Shown: positions 8,854 through 18,519 of the stretch, one piece after another
How the letters are laid out: each line of letters begins with the position of its first letter
Position numbering within the stretch: position 1 is the stretch's first letter
Origin: Methylophilales phage Melnitz-2 EXVC040M
Sequence record: MZ577096.1
Strand: one strand, 5' to 3'
Length of the DNA: 32,000 nucleotides
The notes under the pieces: generated by a model
Told to the model about the DNA's origin: nothing
Databases searched by the model: none
What the model saw: the letters and a program-made list of their open reading frames with translations, nothing else
Translations under genes and position numbers: made by a program

Positions 8854-9915
8854 ATGGACTTTTTAAAAGACATTGCTAAGACAGCGGGCAACGAATACGC
8901 TGCACTTGTAAGTGAAGGGGTAGAGGCAGGAGATGTAGAATCTTTTATTGACACTGGTTCTTATATCTTCAATGCATTATTGAGTGGTTCAATTCACGGT
9001 GGATTACCCTCAAATAAAATTACTGCGGTTGCTGGTGAGTCTGCAACTGGTAAAACTTTCTTTGTGATGGGTATGGTTAAGTCATTCCTTGATGCAAACC
9101 CAGATGCTGGTGTGTTGTATTTTGAGTCTGAATCTGCAATTACAAAACAGATGGTAGTTGATAGAGGTATTGACCCAGAACGTATGGTTATCCTACCTGT
9201 AACAACTGTACAGGAGTTTAGAACACAATCATTAAAAGTATTGGATGCATATCTGCAACAGAATGAAGCAGACAGACGACCAATGTTGTTGTGTTTGGAT
9301 TCACTTGGTATGTTGTCTACTACAAAAGAAGTAGAAGATACTGCTGATGGTAAAGAAACTCGTGATATGACACGGGCGCAAGTACTTAAAGCTGCATTCA
9401 GAGTATTGACTTTGAAACTTGGTAAAGCAAAAGTACCAATGGTAATTACAAACCACACATATGATGTTGTTGGTTCTATGTTCCCTACTAAAGAAATGGG
9501 TGGTGGTTCTGGACTGAAGTATGCGGCATCATCTATTGTATATCTTTCTAAGAAGAAAGAGAAAGATGGTACTGAGGTTGTAGGTAATATCATTCACTGT
9601 AAAAATGCAAAGTCTCGTTTGACTATTGAAAACAAGATGGTTGATGTACGACTAATGTATGAACGTGGACTTGATAGATACTATGGATTGCTTGAACTTG
9701 CACTGAAGTATGGTATCTTTAAATCAGTATCAACTCGTATTGAATTGCCAGACGGTTCAAAAACATTTGGTAAAACAATTAACAATAATCCAGAGAAGTT
9801 CTTTACAGAAGAAATCATGCAACAGTTGGATGATGCAGCTAGTAAAGAATTTAAGTATGGACAACGTGTAGAGGAAGTTGAAGAAGAAGAAGTTGCTGAA
9901 TCAGATGCAACCTAA
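8854..9915 (+). CDS. uvsX: UvsX, RecA-like recombinase
   Basis: '[17 protein letters not shown]' Walker A, '[13 protein letters not shown]', '[11 protein letters not shown]', acidic C-terminus. Confidence 0.93.
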   Translation: MDFLKDIAKTAGNEYAALVSEGVEAGDVESFIDTGSYIFNALLSGSIHGGLPSNKITAVAGESATGKTFFVMGMVKSFLDANPDAGVLYFESESAITKQMVVDRGIDPERMVILPVTTVQEFRTQSLKVLDAYLQQNEADRRPMLLCLDSLGMLSTTKEVEDTADGKETRDMTRAQVLKAAFRVLTLKLGKAKVPMVITNHTYDVVGSMFPTKEMGGGSGLKYAASSIVYLSKKKEKDGTEVVGNIIHCKNAKSRLTIENKMVDVRLMYERGLDRYYGLLELALKYGIFKSVSTRIELPDGSKTFGKTINNNPEKFFTEEIMQQLDDAASKEFKYGQRVEEVEEEEVAESDAT

Positions 9916-10453
9916 TTACATTAAAGTTTACAATGATGTAATAGAACCAGAACTATCTCAACAATTGATTGCAATGTTTGAAGAATCAGAGCATCAACAT
10001 GAAGAGATAGTATTGGAAGGACATCGTTCTTTCAAACAGGTGACATTACAGAATCATCCAGAATGGGAGCCTTTTGTCAAACCACTACAGGATACGTTCT
10101 ATAATTACATAGATAAGTACATGAACGATTGTGGGGTGACTGACAAGATGTTCCCAGAACAATTTGCATTTGAGGCATTTCGATTAAAACGATATATGCC
10201 TAACGATGTAGATGAGTTTGATGACCATGTTGATGTTGGTAATCATAGTAGTGCAAGAAGGTTCTTAGTATTCTTCTTATATCTTAATGATAATGAAGGT
10301 GGACATACAGACTTTCCAACTTATGATATTTCAGTCCAACCTGTTACTGGTAAGATGGTTATGTTTCCACCAATGTGGACTCACTTACATGCTGGAAGAA
10401 AACCTATCGACAAACCAAAATACATTATAGGGAGTTATTTGCACTATGTCTAA
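9905..10453 (+). CDS. 2OG-Fe(II) oxygenase, prolyl-4-hydroxylase-like; the track ORF starts at 9878 but ATG at 9905 is likelier
   Basis: 'EFDDHVDVG...[63 protein letters not shown]' (HxD...H...K). Confidence 0.85.
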   Translation: MQPNYIKVYNDVIEPELSQQLIAMFEESEHQHEEIVLEGHRSFKQVTLQNHPEWEPFVKPLQDTFYNYIDKYMNDCGVTDKMFPEQFAFEAFRLKRYMPNDVDEFDDHVDVGNHSSARRFLVFFLYLNDNEGGHTDFPTYDISVQPVTGKMVMFPPMWTHLHAGRKPIDKPKYIIGSYLHYV

Positions 10454-10772
10454 TATTAGTGAAATGTATACTTATGTAGAAAACAAAGATAAGAAGTGGA
10501 CTGCCATCGGACTCACAGAGAAGGCAGGGAAATATCAAGGAGTTGTATATAGTTATGGTAAAGTAAAGATTCTTGAGAACGAAGAAAAAACAGAAGCCTC
10601 TTTACAATTCGAGTGGGATATGTTAGACTCTAATGGACTACCAAAAGAAAGTATTAAAGATGACTTCTTTGAACTTGCTGGTAAGATATTGGAAGATATC
10701 ATAAGAAAACAAATAGATGGAGAAGATTTACAATATGTCAACACAGACAATAGAAAAGACAACACTAAGTAA
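10446..10772 (+). CDS. Phage hypothetical protein (108 aa)
   Basis: ORF overlapping both neighbours. Confidence 0.6.
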   Translation: MSNISEMYTYVENKDKKWTAIGLTEKAGKYQGVVYSYGKVKILENEEKTEASLQFEWDMLDSNGLPKESIKDDFFELAGKILEDIIRKQIDGEDLQYVNTDNRKDNTK

Positions 10773-12126
10773 TCTAGTTTTTAATGAACCTTACACTCGT
10801 AAGGTTTTGCCATTTCTAAAACCAGAATATTTTTCTAACCCAGAGGAAAGAATTGTATTTGAAGAGATTACTAAATTCGTAGAAAAGTATAATAACACTC
10901 CTACCAAGGAAGCGTTGTCTATTGAGGTTGACGGACGCAAAGATATTAATGATGAACAATTCAAAAAGGTAACACAGATTATTGAAACTCTGTCTGATGC
11001 ACAAGTTGATATGAATTGGTTAGTCGAAACTACAGAGAAATTCTGTAAGGACAAAGCAGTATACAATGCAATTCTCAACGGTATTCAAATCATCGAAGGT
11101 AAAGACAAAGAACATACACCAGAAGCAATTCCTAGTATTCTTACTGATGCATTATCAGTTGCATTCGATTCACACATTGGACACGACTACGTTGATGATG
11201 GTGAGGAAAGATTTGAGTTCTATCATAAGAAGGAAGAGAAACTAGAATTTGACTTGGAGTATTTCAATAAGATTACTAAGGGTGGACTTCCACAGAAAAC
11301 TCTAAACATTGCACTTGCTGGTACAGGTGTTGGTAAATCACTATTCATGTGTCACATGGCTGCATCTACTTTGATGCAAGGTAAGAATGTTTTATACATC
11401 ACATTAGAGATGGCAGAGGAACGTATTGCAGAACGTATTGATGCGAACTTGATGAACATCACTATGGATGATTTACATGATTTGCCTAAGAAGATGTTCA
11501 CAGACCGTCTTTCTAAGATTAATAAAAAGACTAATGGTAAACTTATCATTAAAGAATATCCAACTGCATCTGCACATAGTGGACACTTTCGTTCATTGAT
11601 TAAGGAACTTGCACTAAAGAAATCATTCAAACCAGATGTTATCTTTATTGATTATCTAAACATCTGTGCATCATCTCGTTTCAAAGGTAATGCAAATGTT
11701 GGTTCATACTTCTATATCAAAGCAATTGCAGAAGAACTTAGAGGACTTGCAGTAGAATGTAATCTACCAATTATGTCTGCAACCCAGACAACTCGTGGTG
11801 GGTTCAATAGTTCTGATGTTGGACTTGAAGATACTTCAGAATCATTTGGTTTGCCTGCAACTGCTGACTTGATGTTTGCATTGATTACTACTGAAGAGTT
11901 AGAACAACTTAATCAGATTATGGTAAAACAGTTAAAGAATCGTTATAACGACCCAGGCACTAACAAAAGATTTGTTGTGGGTATTGACAGAGCGAGAATG
12001 AAACTGTATGATGTAGAACAAGAAGCACAAGATGATATTGTTGATAGTGGACAGAGTGACACACCAGCATTTGATAAAAGTTCAATATCTACACGATATG
12101 ACAAGTTTAACGACATAAAGGTGTAA
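10735..12126 (+). CDS. 41: T4 gp41-like replicative DNA helicase (DnaB family); the track start at 10717 is probably upstream of the real ATG
   Basis: 'NIALAGTGVGKSLFMCHMAAS' Walker A, 'PDVIFIDYLNICASSRF', 'AEELRGLAVECNLPIMSATQTTR', 'KQLKNRYNDPGTNKRFVVGIDRARMKLYD'. Confidence 0.94.
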   Translation: MSTQTIEKTTLSNLVFNEPYTRKVLPFLKPEYFSNPEERIVFEEITKFVEKYNNTPTKEALSIEVDGRKDINDEQFKKVTQIIETLSDAQVDMNWLVETTEKFCKDKAVYNAILNGIQIIEGKDKEHTPEAIPSILTDALSVAFDSHIGHDYVDDGEERFEFYHKKEEKLEFDLEYFNKITKGGLPQKTLNIALAGTGVGKSLFMCHMAASTLMQGKNVLYITLEMAEERIAERIDANLMNITMDDLHDLPKKMFTDRLSKINKKTNGKLIIKEYPTASAHSGHFRSLIKELALKKSFKPDVIFIDYLNICASSRFKGNANVGSYFYIKAIAEELRGLAVECNLPIMSATQTTRGGFNSSDVGLEDTSESFGLPATADLMFALITTEELEQLNQIMVKQLKNRYNDPGTNKRFVVGIDRARMKLYDVEQEAQDDIVDSGQSDTPAFDKSSISTRYDKFNDIKV

Positions 12127-12132
12127 TTTATC

Positions 12133-12161
12133 TTGACTTCCTAACATTTTTATATTATAAA
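12133..12161 (+). promoter_or_regulatory. Composite promoter region: sigma70-type TTGACT-N17-TATAAA with a T4 late-type TATAAATA at 12156-12163
   Basis: TTGACT (12133-12138), 17 bp spacer, TATAAATA (12156-12163). Confidence 0.6.
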
Positions 12162-12202
12162 TAGAACTGTAATATTATTTGTGCAAATGGAGAAATTGAT
12201 AA

Positions 12203-13288
12203 ATGCAAGGTTTCAAGACCTTCCTTTCGGAAGCAAAAGTTAAAGCAGAGGATTATGAGGCAGCCATAGTTATTGGTTGGTACGAGTTACATGAGCGTGA
12301 ACTCGACTCTAAGACTGGCATTACTGATAAGACGTTAAAGGTTTTAGAATCAAATCCAGAAGTATTAGCATCTGGTAAACGCATTGCAGAGTATGTTCTT
12401 AAAACAAACTCAAGTCTTTCAGGCGCCCAAGCAGAACAGTATGGTAGAGCATCTACTAAGTTAACTAAGTTCTGGACTTCACACGGTGCAACAAACAAAA
12501 CTCCAAAAACAGATATACTAATTGGGAACATGCGTTTCTCATTAAAGATTGGTGCGGCGCAACTCATGTCTGGTGGTAAATCTGAATCTAGTGCGACATT
12601 CTATGCAGCAGTAAAGAATACATCAAAAGAACTTTCAAAAAATAAACAATTTAAAAAGGTTGAGGGTATCTTAGAATCATTTGTCACAAACACTCTTGCT
12701 CCAGGCCAATTGCGTGGAATAATTAAATCTGGTGAAAACGAAGTTGTTAACGCTGGAGAAGCTGCACACAAACAATGTATGACTGAACTAGGAATGTTAT
12801 TTGAACAATCACAAGAATTCAAGGTTGCCTTTGCTCGTGAAGCAATGTCTGGTTTTGAAAAGTTTGGAGAGAATGATAACGCAGCCGCAGAGTATATGTT
12901 AGTATCTTCTCACGATGGTAACAGTGTAAAAATCAAAAGTGTATACGATGATGAGTACTGTTCTTACATTGCAGACAAAATGAAACTACAAGCAAGATTT
13001 AAAACATCATCTCGTAAAATAAAGAAAAAGAAAACAGGTGAATATAATTTTTGGAGTGTTATCTCTTTGATTGTTAATGCAATGGATGAAGATATAGAAG
13101 CATATAATAACGGTGAGATTCTTACTGAAATTCGTTTGTTTAAAAATCTTACTGCAAAGGTAAAAGGATTCTTTAATAAAGTTTGGAAAAAAGCAACTAA
13201 TTTTTTTAAAAAGGGTACTATGTCAATGATGAAATTTTTAGGTGTAGAACCTACTGTTACACATAGTAAGGATGTTAACTTTGATTAA
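12203..13288 (+). CDS. Putative virion-packaged protein, possible PD-(D/E)XK-like core
   Basis: N-terminus MQGFKTFLSEA like the T4 IPIII leader; 'TPKTDILIGNMRFSLKIGAAQLMSGG' has a D...SxK arrangement. Confidence 0.55.
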   Translation: MQGFKTFLSEAKVKAEDYEAAIVIGWYELHERELDSKTGITDKTLKVLESNPEVLASGKRIAEYVLKTNSSLSGAQAEQYGRASTKLTKFWTSHGATNKTPKTDILIGNMRFSLKIGAAQLMSGGKSESSATFYAAVKNTSKELSKNKQFKKVEGILESFVTNTLAPGQLRGIIKSGENEVVNAGEAAHKQCMTELGMLFEQSQEFKVAFAREAMSGFEKFGENDNAAAEYMLVSSHDGNSVKIKSVYDDEYCSYIADKMKLQARFKTSSRKIKKKKTGEYNFWSVISLIVNAMDEDIEAYNNGEILTEIRLFKNLTAKVKGFFNKVWKKATNFFKKGTMSMMKFLGVEPTVTHSKDVNFD

Positions 13289-14528
13289 TTTTAGTAAATA
13301 CATAACCGAAGATAAGGGTGGTAAGAACTTACACCTAGAACATATCGAAGATGAGATATTAAACTTTGGTGTGTCTGGTGGTAGAGCTGCAATTAACTTT
13401 GTTCGTTCTCTAAGAGATATGTTGGCAGGTGCATCACGTTCATCTGTAAACATGACTGTTAAATGGGACGGCGCTCCAGCAATCTTTGCTGGTATCGACC
13501 CAGAAGATGGTAAGTTTTTCGTTGCAAAGAAATCAGTATTTAATGCAACACCAAAATTATACAAGACAGCAAAAGAGATTGATGACGATGGACTATCTGG
13601 TTCATTGAATAGTAAATTTAAAGTTGCACTTGCAGAATTTTCTAAGTTGGGTATTAAAGGTGTACTTCAAGGAGACTTGATGTGGACAGATGATATCGAA
13701 ACAGATACTATTGACGGAGTGCGTTACTATACATTCCAACCTAATACAATTGTATATGCTGTTCCTGTTGATAGTGATTTTGGGAAACAGATTAATGCAT
13801 CAAAGATTGGTATTGTATGGCATACAACATATAAAGGTTCTGCACTACAAGATATGAAAGCATCATTTGGTGTAGACATTAAAGGATTGTCTAATCCAAC
13901 ATCTGTATGGATGGATGACGCAACTTATAAAGATGTTGCTGGTAAAGCAACAATGACTGAGAAAGAAACAGAAGCAGTTACTAAATCTTTATCTGGTGCT
14001 GGTAAAACTTTTCAAAAGATTAACTCTAGTATGTTGACTAAGTTTCTAAACATACAAAACAATTTTACAGGAAACCTTGCTGGTGCATCATTAAAGACAT
14101 ATTATAATAGTAAAGTAAGACAAGGTAAACCTATCAACAACCCTAAAGCACATGCAAAGGGATACGAGAAGTGGGTATCTGACACATACGATAAAAGAAT
14201 TAAAAGTCTCAAAACAGAGAAGTCTCAGCAAAAAGTTGAGAATGAAAAGAAAGAGATGTTACGAGAACTAAAGAAACATACAAAGAATTTAGAACAGGTT
14301 ATCTTGTTTCAGAACTATCTAATTGAAGCAAAGATGGGCATCGTAAAGAAACTAAATAGTGTTAAGCAATTAACTGATACATTCATTAGAACTGCAAATG
14401 GTTTTAAAGTAGTTAATCCAGAAGGATTTGTTGCCATTGACAGAGTTAGTGGTAATGCAGTAAAGTTAGTTGATAGAATGGAATTTAGTTTTAATAACTT
14501 CACAGCAATTAAGGCGTGGGACAGATGA
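13281..14528 (+). CDS. Putative virion-packaged protein with KxDG motif, nucleotidyltransferase/ligase-like; TTG start at 13281 gives MINFSKYITED (track start 13272)
   Basis: 'VNMTVKWDGAPAIFAGIDPEDGKFFVAKK' and 'GVLQGDLMWTDD' resemble covalent nucleotidyltransferase motifs I and IIIa. Confidence 0.5.
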   Translation: MINFSKYITEDKGGKNLHLEHIEDEILNFGVSGGRAAINFVRSLRDMLAGASRSSVNMTVKWDGAPAIFAGIDPEDGKFFVAKKSVFNATPKLYKTAKEIDDDGLSGSLNSKFKVALAEFSKLGIKGVLQGDLMWTDDIETDTIDGVRYYTFQPNTIVYAVPVDSDFGKQINASKIGIVWHTTYKGSALQDMKASFGVDIKGLSNPTSVWMDDATYKDVAGKATMTEKETEAVTKSLSGAGKTFQKINSSMLTKFLNIQNNFTGNLAGASLKTYYNSKVRQGKPINNPKAHAKGYEKWVSDTYDKRIKSLKTEKSQQKVENEKKEMLRELKKHTKNLEQVILFQNYLIEAKMGIVKKLNSVKQLTDTFIRTANGFKVVNPEGFVAIDRVSGNAVKLVDRMEFSFNNFTAIKAWDR

Positions 14529-14917
14529 AGAAATTCAGTGAACTAACATCTGAACTGATAGAAAGAAAAGCAGTTTCTATGACTCAAAGAAGAGCCATGG
14601 GAAGAAGAATGGCGAAGATGGCAAAGTCATCTGCATTCAAGGCGAAGGTTGCACGAAAGAAAAAGAAACTTGCAACACCAGAGATGTTACATAAACGTGC
14701 ATTGAAAGCTGCAAAGGCAGTTATACTTCAGAAGTTTGCTGGGTTAAGTCCAGCGAAGTACATGCAATTGTCACCTGCTGCAAGAGTAGAGATTGATAAT
14801 CGTATTGTTGCAAAGAAGGGTGCTGCGATTCAAAAGATTGCTAAGAAGATGATGGTTAAACTTAAAAAACAAGAATTAGAAAGATTGAAAAAAATCAGAC
14901 AGGGTGGAGATAAATGA
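14525..14917 (+). CDS. Basic small phage protein with internal-protein-like N-terminus
   Basis: MKKFSELTSELIERKAVSM; very Lys/Arg/Ala rich; ATGA overlaps on both sides. Confidence 0.7.
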   Translation: MKKFSELTSELIERKAVSMTQRRAMGRRMAKMAKSSAFKAKVARKKKKLATPEMLHKRALKAAKAVILQKFAGLSPAKYMQLSPAARVEIDNRIVAKKGAAIQKIAKKMMVKLKKQELERLKKIRQGGDK

Positions 14918-16866
14918 AGAAGTTTTCTGAAATTATAGAAGCTCGTGGTGATACTGCTGTATTTACATTCGGTAGATTTAATCCCCCGACTACTGGACAT
15001 GAAAAATTAATGGAAGCAGTTGCCAAACAGGCAAAGAAGAATTCTGCTCCTTATTACATTTTTGCATCTCATTCAGAGAACGCAAAGAAAGACCCTTTAC
15101 CTTATGCAAAGAAACTTGCATACATGAAGAAGATGTTTCCAAAACATGCAAGAAGTCTGGTTGTTGATAAAGCAAGAAACGTATTTGAGATTGCAGTCAC
15201 ACTACACAACAAAGGACATAAATCAATCATAATGGTTGTAGGTTCTGACAGAGTTTCAGAGTTTGATGCACTACTAAACAAATACAATGGAACTGAAGCA
15301 AGACACGGTTACTACGGTTTCGATAATATTGAAGTTGTATCTGCGGGCGAAAGAGACCCAGATGCAGAAGGTGTTACTGGAATGTCTGCATCTAAGATGA
15401 GAGCAGCTGCAGTTGCAAATGATTTCGACCAGTTCAAACTAGGATTGCCTAGTACATTTAAACAAGGAATGTCTTTATTCAAAGATGTTCGTAAGTACAT
15501 GGGTGTTCGTGAGTCTTTTGTTCCTAGAACAAATGTAATGACTGATGAAGATGTTGTTCGTGACTTATATGTAGAAGGCAAACTATTTTCAGTTGGTGAC
15601 ATTGTAGAAGATAATTACACAGGTGTTTCTGGTGTGGTTGTTCGTAGAGGAACAAACTACATTACATTCAAAGAGGAAGATGGAACACTACACAAGAAGT
15701 GGTTGTATGAAGTAAAACAAGATAAAGATATTAAGGACAGAAAAGGTACTGAACCAGCAAAGTATTATGCAAAAGATGCTGATGGTGATGCAATGTCCAA
15801 ATCTACAAAACAAAAACGTGCGGCACACTTTGCAAAGAAAAAGGATGGCCCTGCTCCAGGCGATGGACATGCAGAAACAAAACCATCTAAAAGTACAAAG
15901 AAATTTAAAGACATGTTTGGTGAAGAAGACCCATGTTGGGATACTCACAAACAGGTTGGAACTAAGAAAAAGAATGGCAAAGAAGTTCCTAACTGTGTTC
16001 CTAAAGAGGAGTTTCAGTTAGACGAAAAGATTGAAGGACTTGTTACTAAAGCAGAAAAGTCTGGTGTACCTTATGGAATTCTAAAGAAGGTATATGACAG
16101 AGGAATGGCTGCATGGAAAACAGGACACCGCCCAGGCACTACACCACAACAGTGGGCATTCGCAAGAGTAAATTCTTTTCTTACAGGTGGTAAGACTAGA
16201 ACAACTGCTGATGCAGATTTATGGAAACAAGCAAAAGGAAAGAAAGAAGAGAGTGGAGATTCTCGTGAAATCGGAACTGATGCGAGTAGACAAGAAAGGC
16301 AGAAAATGACGCCAGGACAGAACATTGTCTCTTTCAAGGAACACCTTGATTGTGGCACACCAGATTGCTGTAACGAATGTGCAGAATCTAGTTTAATTGA
16401 ATCCAACCAATATCGTGTTGGTTCAGAGAAATACTACGAATTTTTTAACGAAAAAAGAAGCCTTTACGAGAGAGGTGAATTAAGTCCAGTTGGTTTTGAT
16501 AAAGAACTACTGGAAGGTGATATCGGTAAATACGACACATATAATGGAGAACATGTTCCCTTGGACTGTCCTATGATGGAATCTGAATACCAAGGGAAAG
16601 ATGTTGAACTAAATAAACCAAAGGTCGGTGGTTCTAAGAAATACTATGTCTATGTAAAAGACGGAGACAAAGTAAAGAAAGTTTCTTGGGGTGACACCTC
16701 TGGTTTAAAAGTTAAGTTAGACGATAAAGAAGCAAGAAAATCGTTTGCTGCAAGACACGATTGTGCAAACAAAAAAGATAAGACCACAGCAGGATACTGG
16801 GCGTGTAATTTACCACGGTATGCTAAACAACTTGGTTTATCTGGTGGGGGTAACTTTTTTTGGTAA
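14914..16866 (+). CDS. Multidomain protein: N-terminal HIGH-type nucleotidyltransferase plus C-terminal phage domains
   Basis: 'FTFGRFNPPTTGHEKLMEAV', 'VGSDRVSEF', 'GMSASKMRAAA'; later 'GVPYGILKKVYDRGMAAWKTGHRPGTTPQQWAFARVNSFLTGG' and C-terminal 'ARKSFAARHDCANKKDKTTAGYWACNLPRYAKQLGLSGGGNFFW'. Confidence 0.85.
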   Translation: MKKFSEIIEARGDTAVFTFGRFNPPTTGHEKLMEAVAKQAKKNSAPYYIFASHSENAKKDPLPYAKKLAYMKKMFPKHARSLVVDKARNVFEIAVTLHNKGHKSIIMVVGSDRVSEFDALLNKYNGTEARHGYYGFDNIEVVSAGERDPDAEGVTGMSASKMRAAAVANDFDQFKLGLPSTFKQGMSLFKDVRKYMGVRESFVPRTNVMTDEDVVRDLYVEGKLFSVGDIVEDNYTGVSGVVVRRGTNYITFKEEDGTLHKKWLYEVKQDKDIKDRKGTEPAKYYAKDADGDAMSKSTKQKRAAHFAKKKDGPAPGDGHAETKPSKSTKKFKDMFGEEDPCWDTHKQVGTKKKNGKEVPNCVPKEEFQLDEKIEGLVTKAEKSGVPYGILKKVYDRGMAAWKTGHRPGTTPQQWAFARVNSFLTGGKTRTTADADLWKQAKGKKEESGDSREIGTDASRQERQKMTPGQNIVSFKEHLDCGTPDCCNECAESSLIESNQYRVGSEKYYEFFNEKRSLYERGELSPVGFDKELLEGDIGKYDTYNGEHVPLDCPMMESEYQGKDVELNKPKVGGSKKYYVYVKDGDKVKKVSWGDTSGLKVKLDDKEARKSFAARHDCANKKDKTTAGYWACNLPRYAKQLGLSGGGNFFW

Positions 16867-17129
16867 ACCCATATAACGATATAGGCTTAGAAACTGACAT
16901 CATGCTAAGAGAGTTTCAACATGACGTTGAAAAGGATGAGTTAGTCTGGCATCGTGATAGAAGTGATAGAGAGATTACTGTACTTTCTGGTTATAACTGG
17001 AAATTGCAGATGGATAACCAATTGCCTGAAGAACTGAAGCATGGTAGAGTATATCATATCAATAAAATGGTTTATCACAGATTAATAAAAGGAAGTGGTA
17101 AACTACTACTTAAAATTAGGGAAAAGTAA
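16860..17129 (+). CDS. Small conserved phage protein, cupin-like
   Basis: 'ELVWHRDRSDREITVLSGYNWKLQMDNQLPEELKHGRVYHINKMVYHRLIKGSGKLLLKI'. Confidence 0.65.
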   Translation: MVNPYNDIGLETDIMLREFQHDVEKDELVWHRDRSDREITVLSGYNWKLQMDNQLPEELKHGRVYHINKMVYHRLIKGSGKLLLKIREK

Positions 17130-17130
17130 T

Positions 17131-18519
17131 ATGACTAGATATAATAAAACAATGAGTGAGGCTCTTTCAGAAGTTCGTTCTGTAACACCAGAACAAATTG
17201 CAGAAGCATCTGCTCGTAGGGACGCAATGCGTCACGGTGCTGGTGGGAGAAGAGGAATCGACCCTGCTGATAGAGATGATGTAAAGGCAACTGACAAAGA
17301 CCAAGAACTCGCTAAAAAGAATATGATTATGCAATTGCGTAGATCAAAAGACACTAAAGGCAACATCTCTATTGAATTCAAAGATGGAAAGAAACAGAAG
17401 GTTGACCCTAAGTTTGTTGAGTTGTTGTTAAAAGCACATGACATGATTCAGAAACCAAGAGACAAAGAACAATTTGTTGGTATGATTTCTAAGTCGTATC
17501 GTGATATGCTTAAGACTGCGAAGATGGTCTCAAAACAACTTAGAATGGGTGAAGAAGTTATTCTTGAAGTAAAAGAAGAATACGTTTGTGAAGATTGTGG
17601 TTGTGAACAAGGTAATGCAGACCCTAACTGTGATTGCCCAAATGACTCCACTGATTTACAAGCATCTTATTGGGTGAAGAAAGAAGAAATTGAAATTGAT
17701 GAGATGAAGATGGATGACCCTAAGTTGAATAAGATATTCGACAAACTAAAGAAGGGACAAACCATTAAACTCAAGACTAGTTCTACAATCAGTAAGGGCA
17801 AAGACTTTGTTGATTATATTGTTAAGTCAAAGAATACAGTAAACAAGGGTAGAGTAGAAAAAGTCACACTTGTTACTAAAGGTAATGAAAAGTCAGTCAA
17901 GAAGTTCCTATACAAAAGAGATGGTAAAGTAACATTTGCTATCGGTGATATGGGTGCATCTATTGATGACATCAAAGAGGACTTTACTCCACATATGATG
18001 TATGACCCTAAAACTGGAAAAGGTTATAAGGCAGAGAAAGAAGCAGACCATCTCAGAATGAAAGACATGGGATATACCCACGAGAAACCAGAGATGGATG
18101 AGGCAAAATCATCTACAGGTTACGAACTGTACCACAAAGACTTTTCATCTGCAATGAAACACGCATATGACTTTGCAAAGAAAAAGTTTGGTATCGAAGT
18201 TGACCCTAAAGAGATTGATGATAAGGTTGCAACTGGGCCAAAGAAACCATCAAATGGTAAAACCAATTCTTACAGTCTAAAAGCAAAAGGTGGTAAAAAA
18301 GGAATCCAAGTACAGGTTTACAACACTGGTAAAAACTATGAGTTGAACATGTACAAAGAAGAGGTTATTTCTGAAGAGGAAGAACCACAGAAGTCTGATG
18401 GCGCTAAAGCTGTCGAACAGGGACGAGAAGATAAGAAGAAAACTCGTATCGCACAATTGCAGTTGCAAATCGCAAAGGCACAAGAAACTATAAACCAACT
18501 AAACGCACAGGAGAAATAA
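17131..18519 (+). CDS. Phage hypothetical protein, probably virion associated (474-aa track ORF; real start likely MTRYNKTMSEALSEV)
   Basis: ORF from ATG at ~17131; internal 'CEDCGCEQGNADPNCDCP' Cys cluster; Lys-rich with a C-terminal coiled-coil region. Confidence 0.65.
   Translation: MTRYNKTMSEALSEVRSVTPEQIAEASARRDAMRHGAGGRRGIDPADRDDVKATDKDQELAKKNMIMQLRRSKDTKGNISIEFKDGKKQKVDPKFVELLLKAHDMIQKPRDKEQFVGMISKSYRDMLKTAKMVSKQLRMGEEVILEVKEEYVCEDCGCEQGNADPNCDCPNDSTDLQASYWVKKEEIEIDEMKMDDPKLNKIFDKLKKGQTIKLKTSSTISKGKDFVDYIVKSKNTVNKGRVEKVTLVTKGNEKSVKKFLYKRDGKVTFAIGDMGASIDDIKEDFTPHMMYDPKTGKGYKAEKEADHLRMKDMGYTHEKPEMDEAKSSTGYELYHKDFSSAMKHAYDFAKKKFGIEVDPKEIDDKVATGPKKPSNGKTNSYSLKAKGGKKGIQVQVYNTGKNYELNMYKEEVISEEEEPQKSDGAKAVEQGREDKKKTRIAQLQLQIAKAQETINQLNAQEK

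Noticed and set aside
8994-9593. 199-aa antisense ORF opposite uvsX
   Set aside because: Fully inside a well-supported gene with clear RecA motifs; the antisense translation is low in recognisable features and has no RBS or promoter evidence.
15767-16021. 84-aa alternative-frame ORF inside the nucleotidyltransferase mosaic gene
   Set aside because: Nested in a long coherent ORF; no RBS or independent features.
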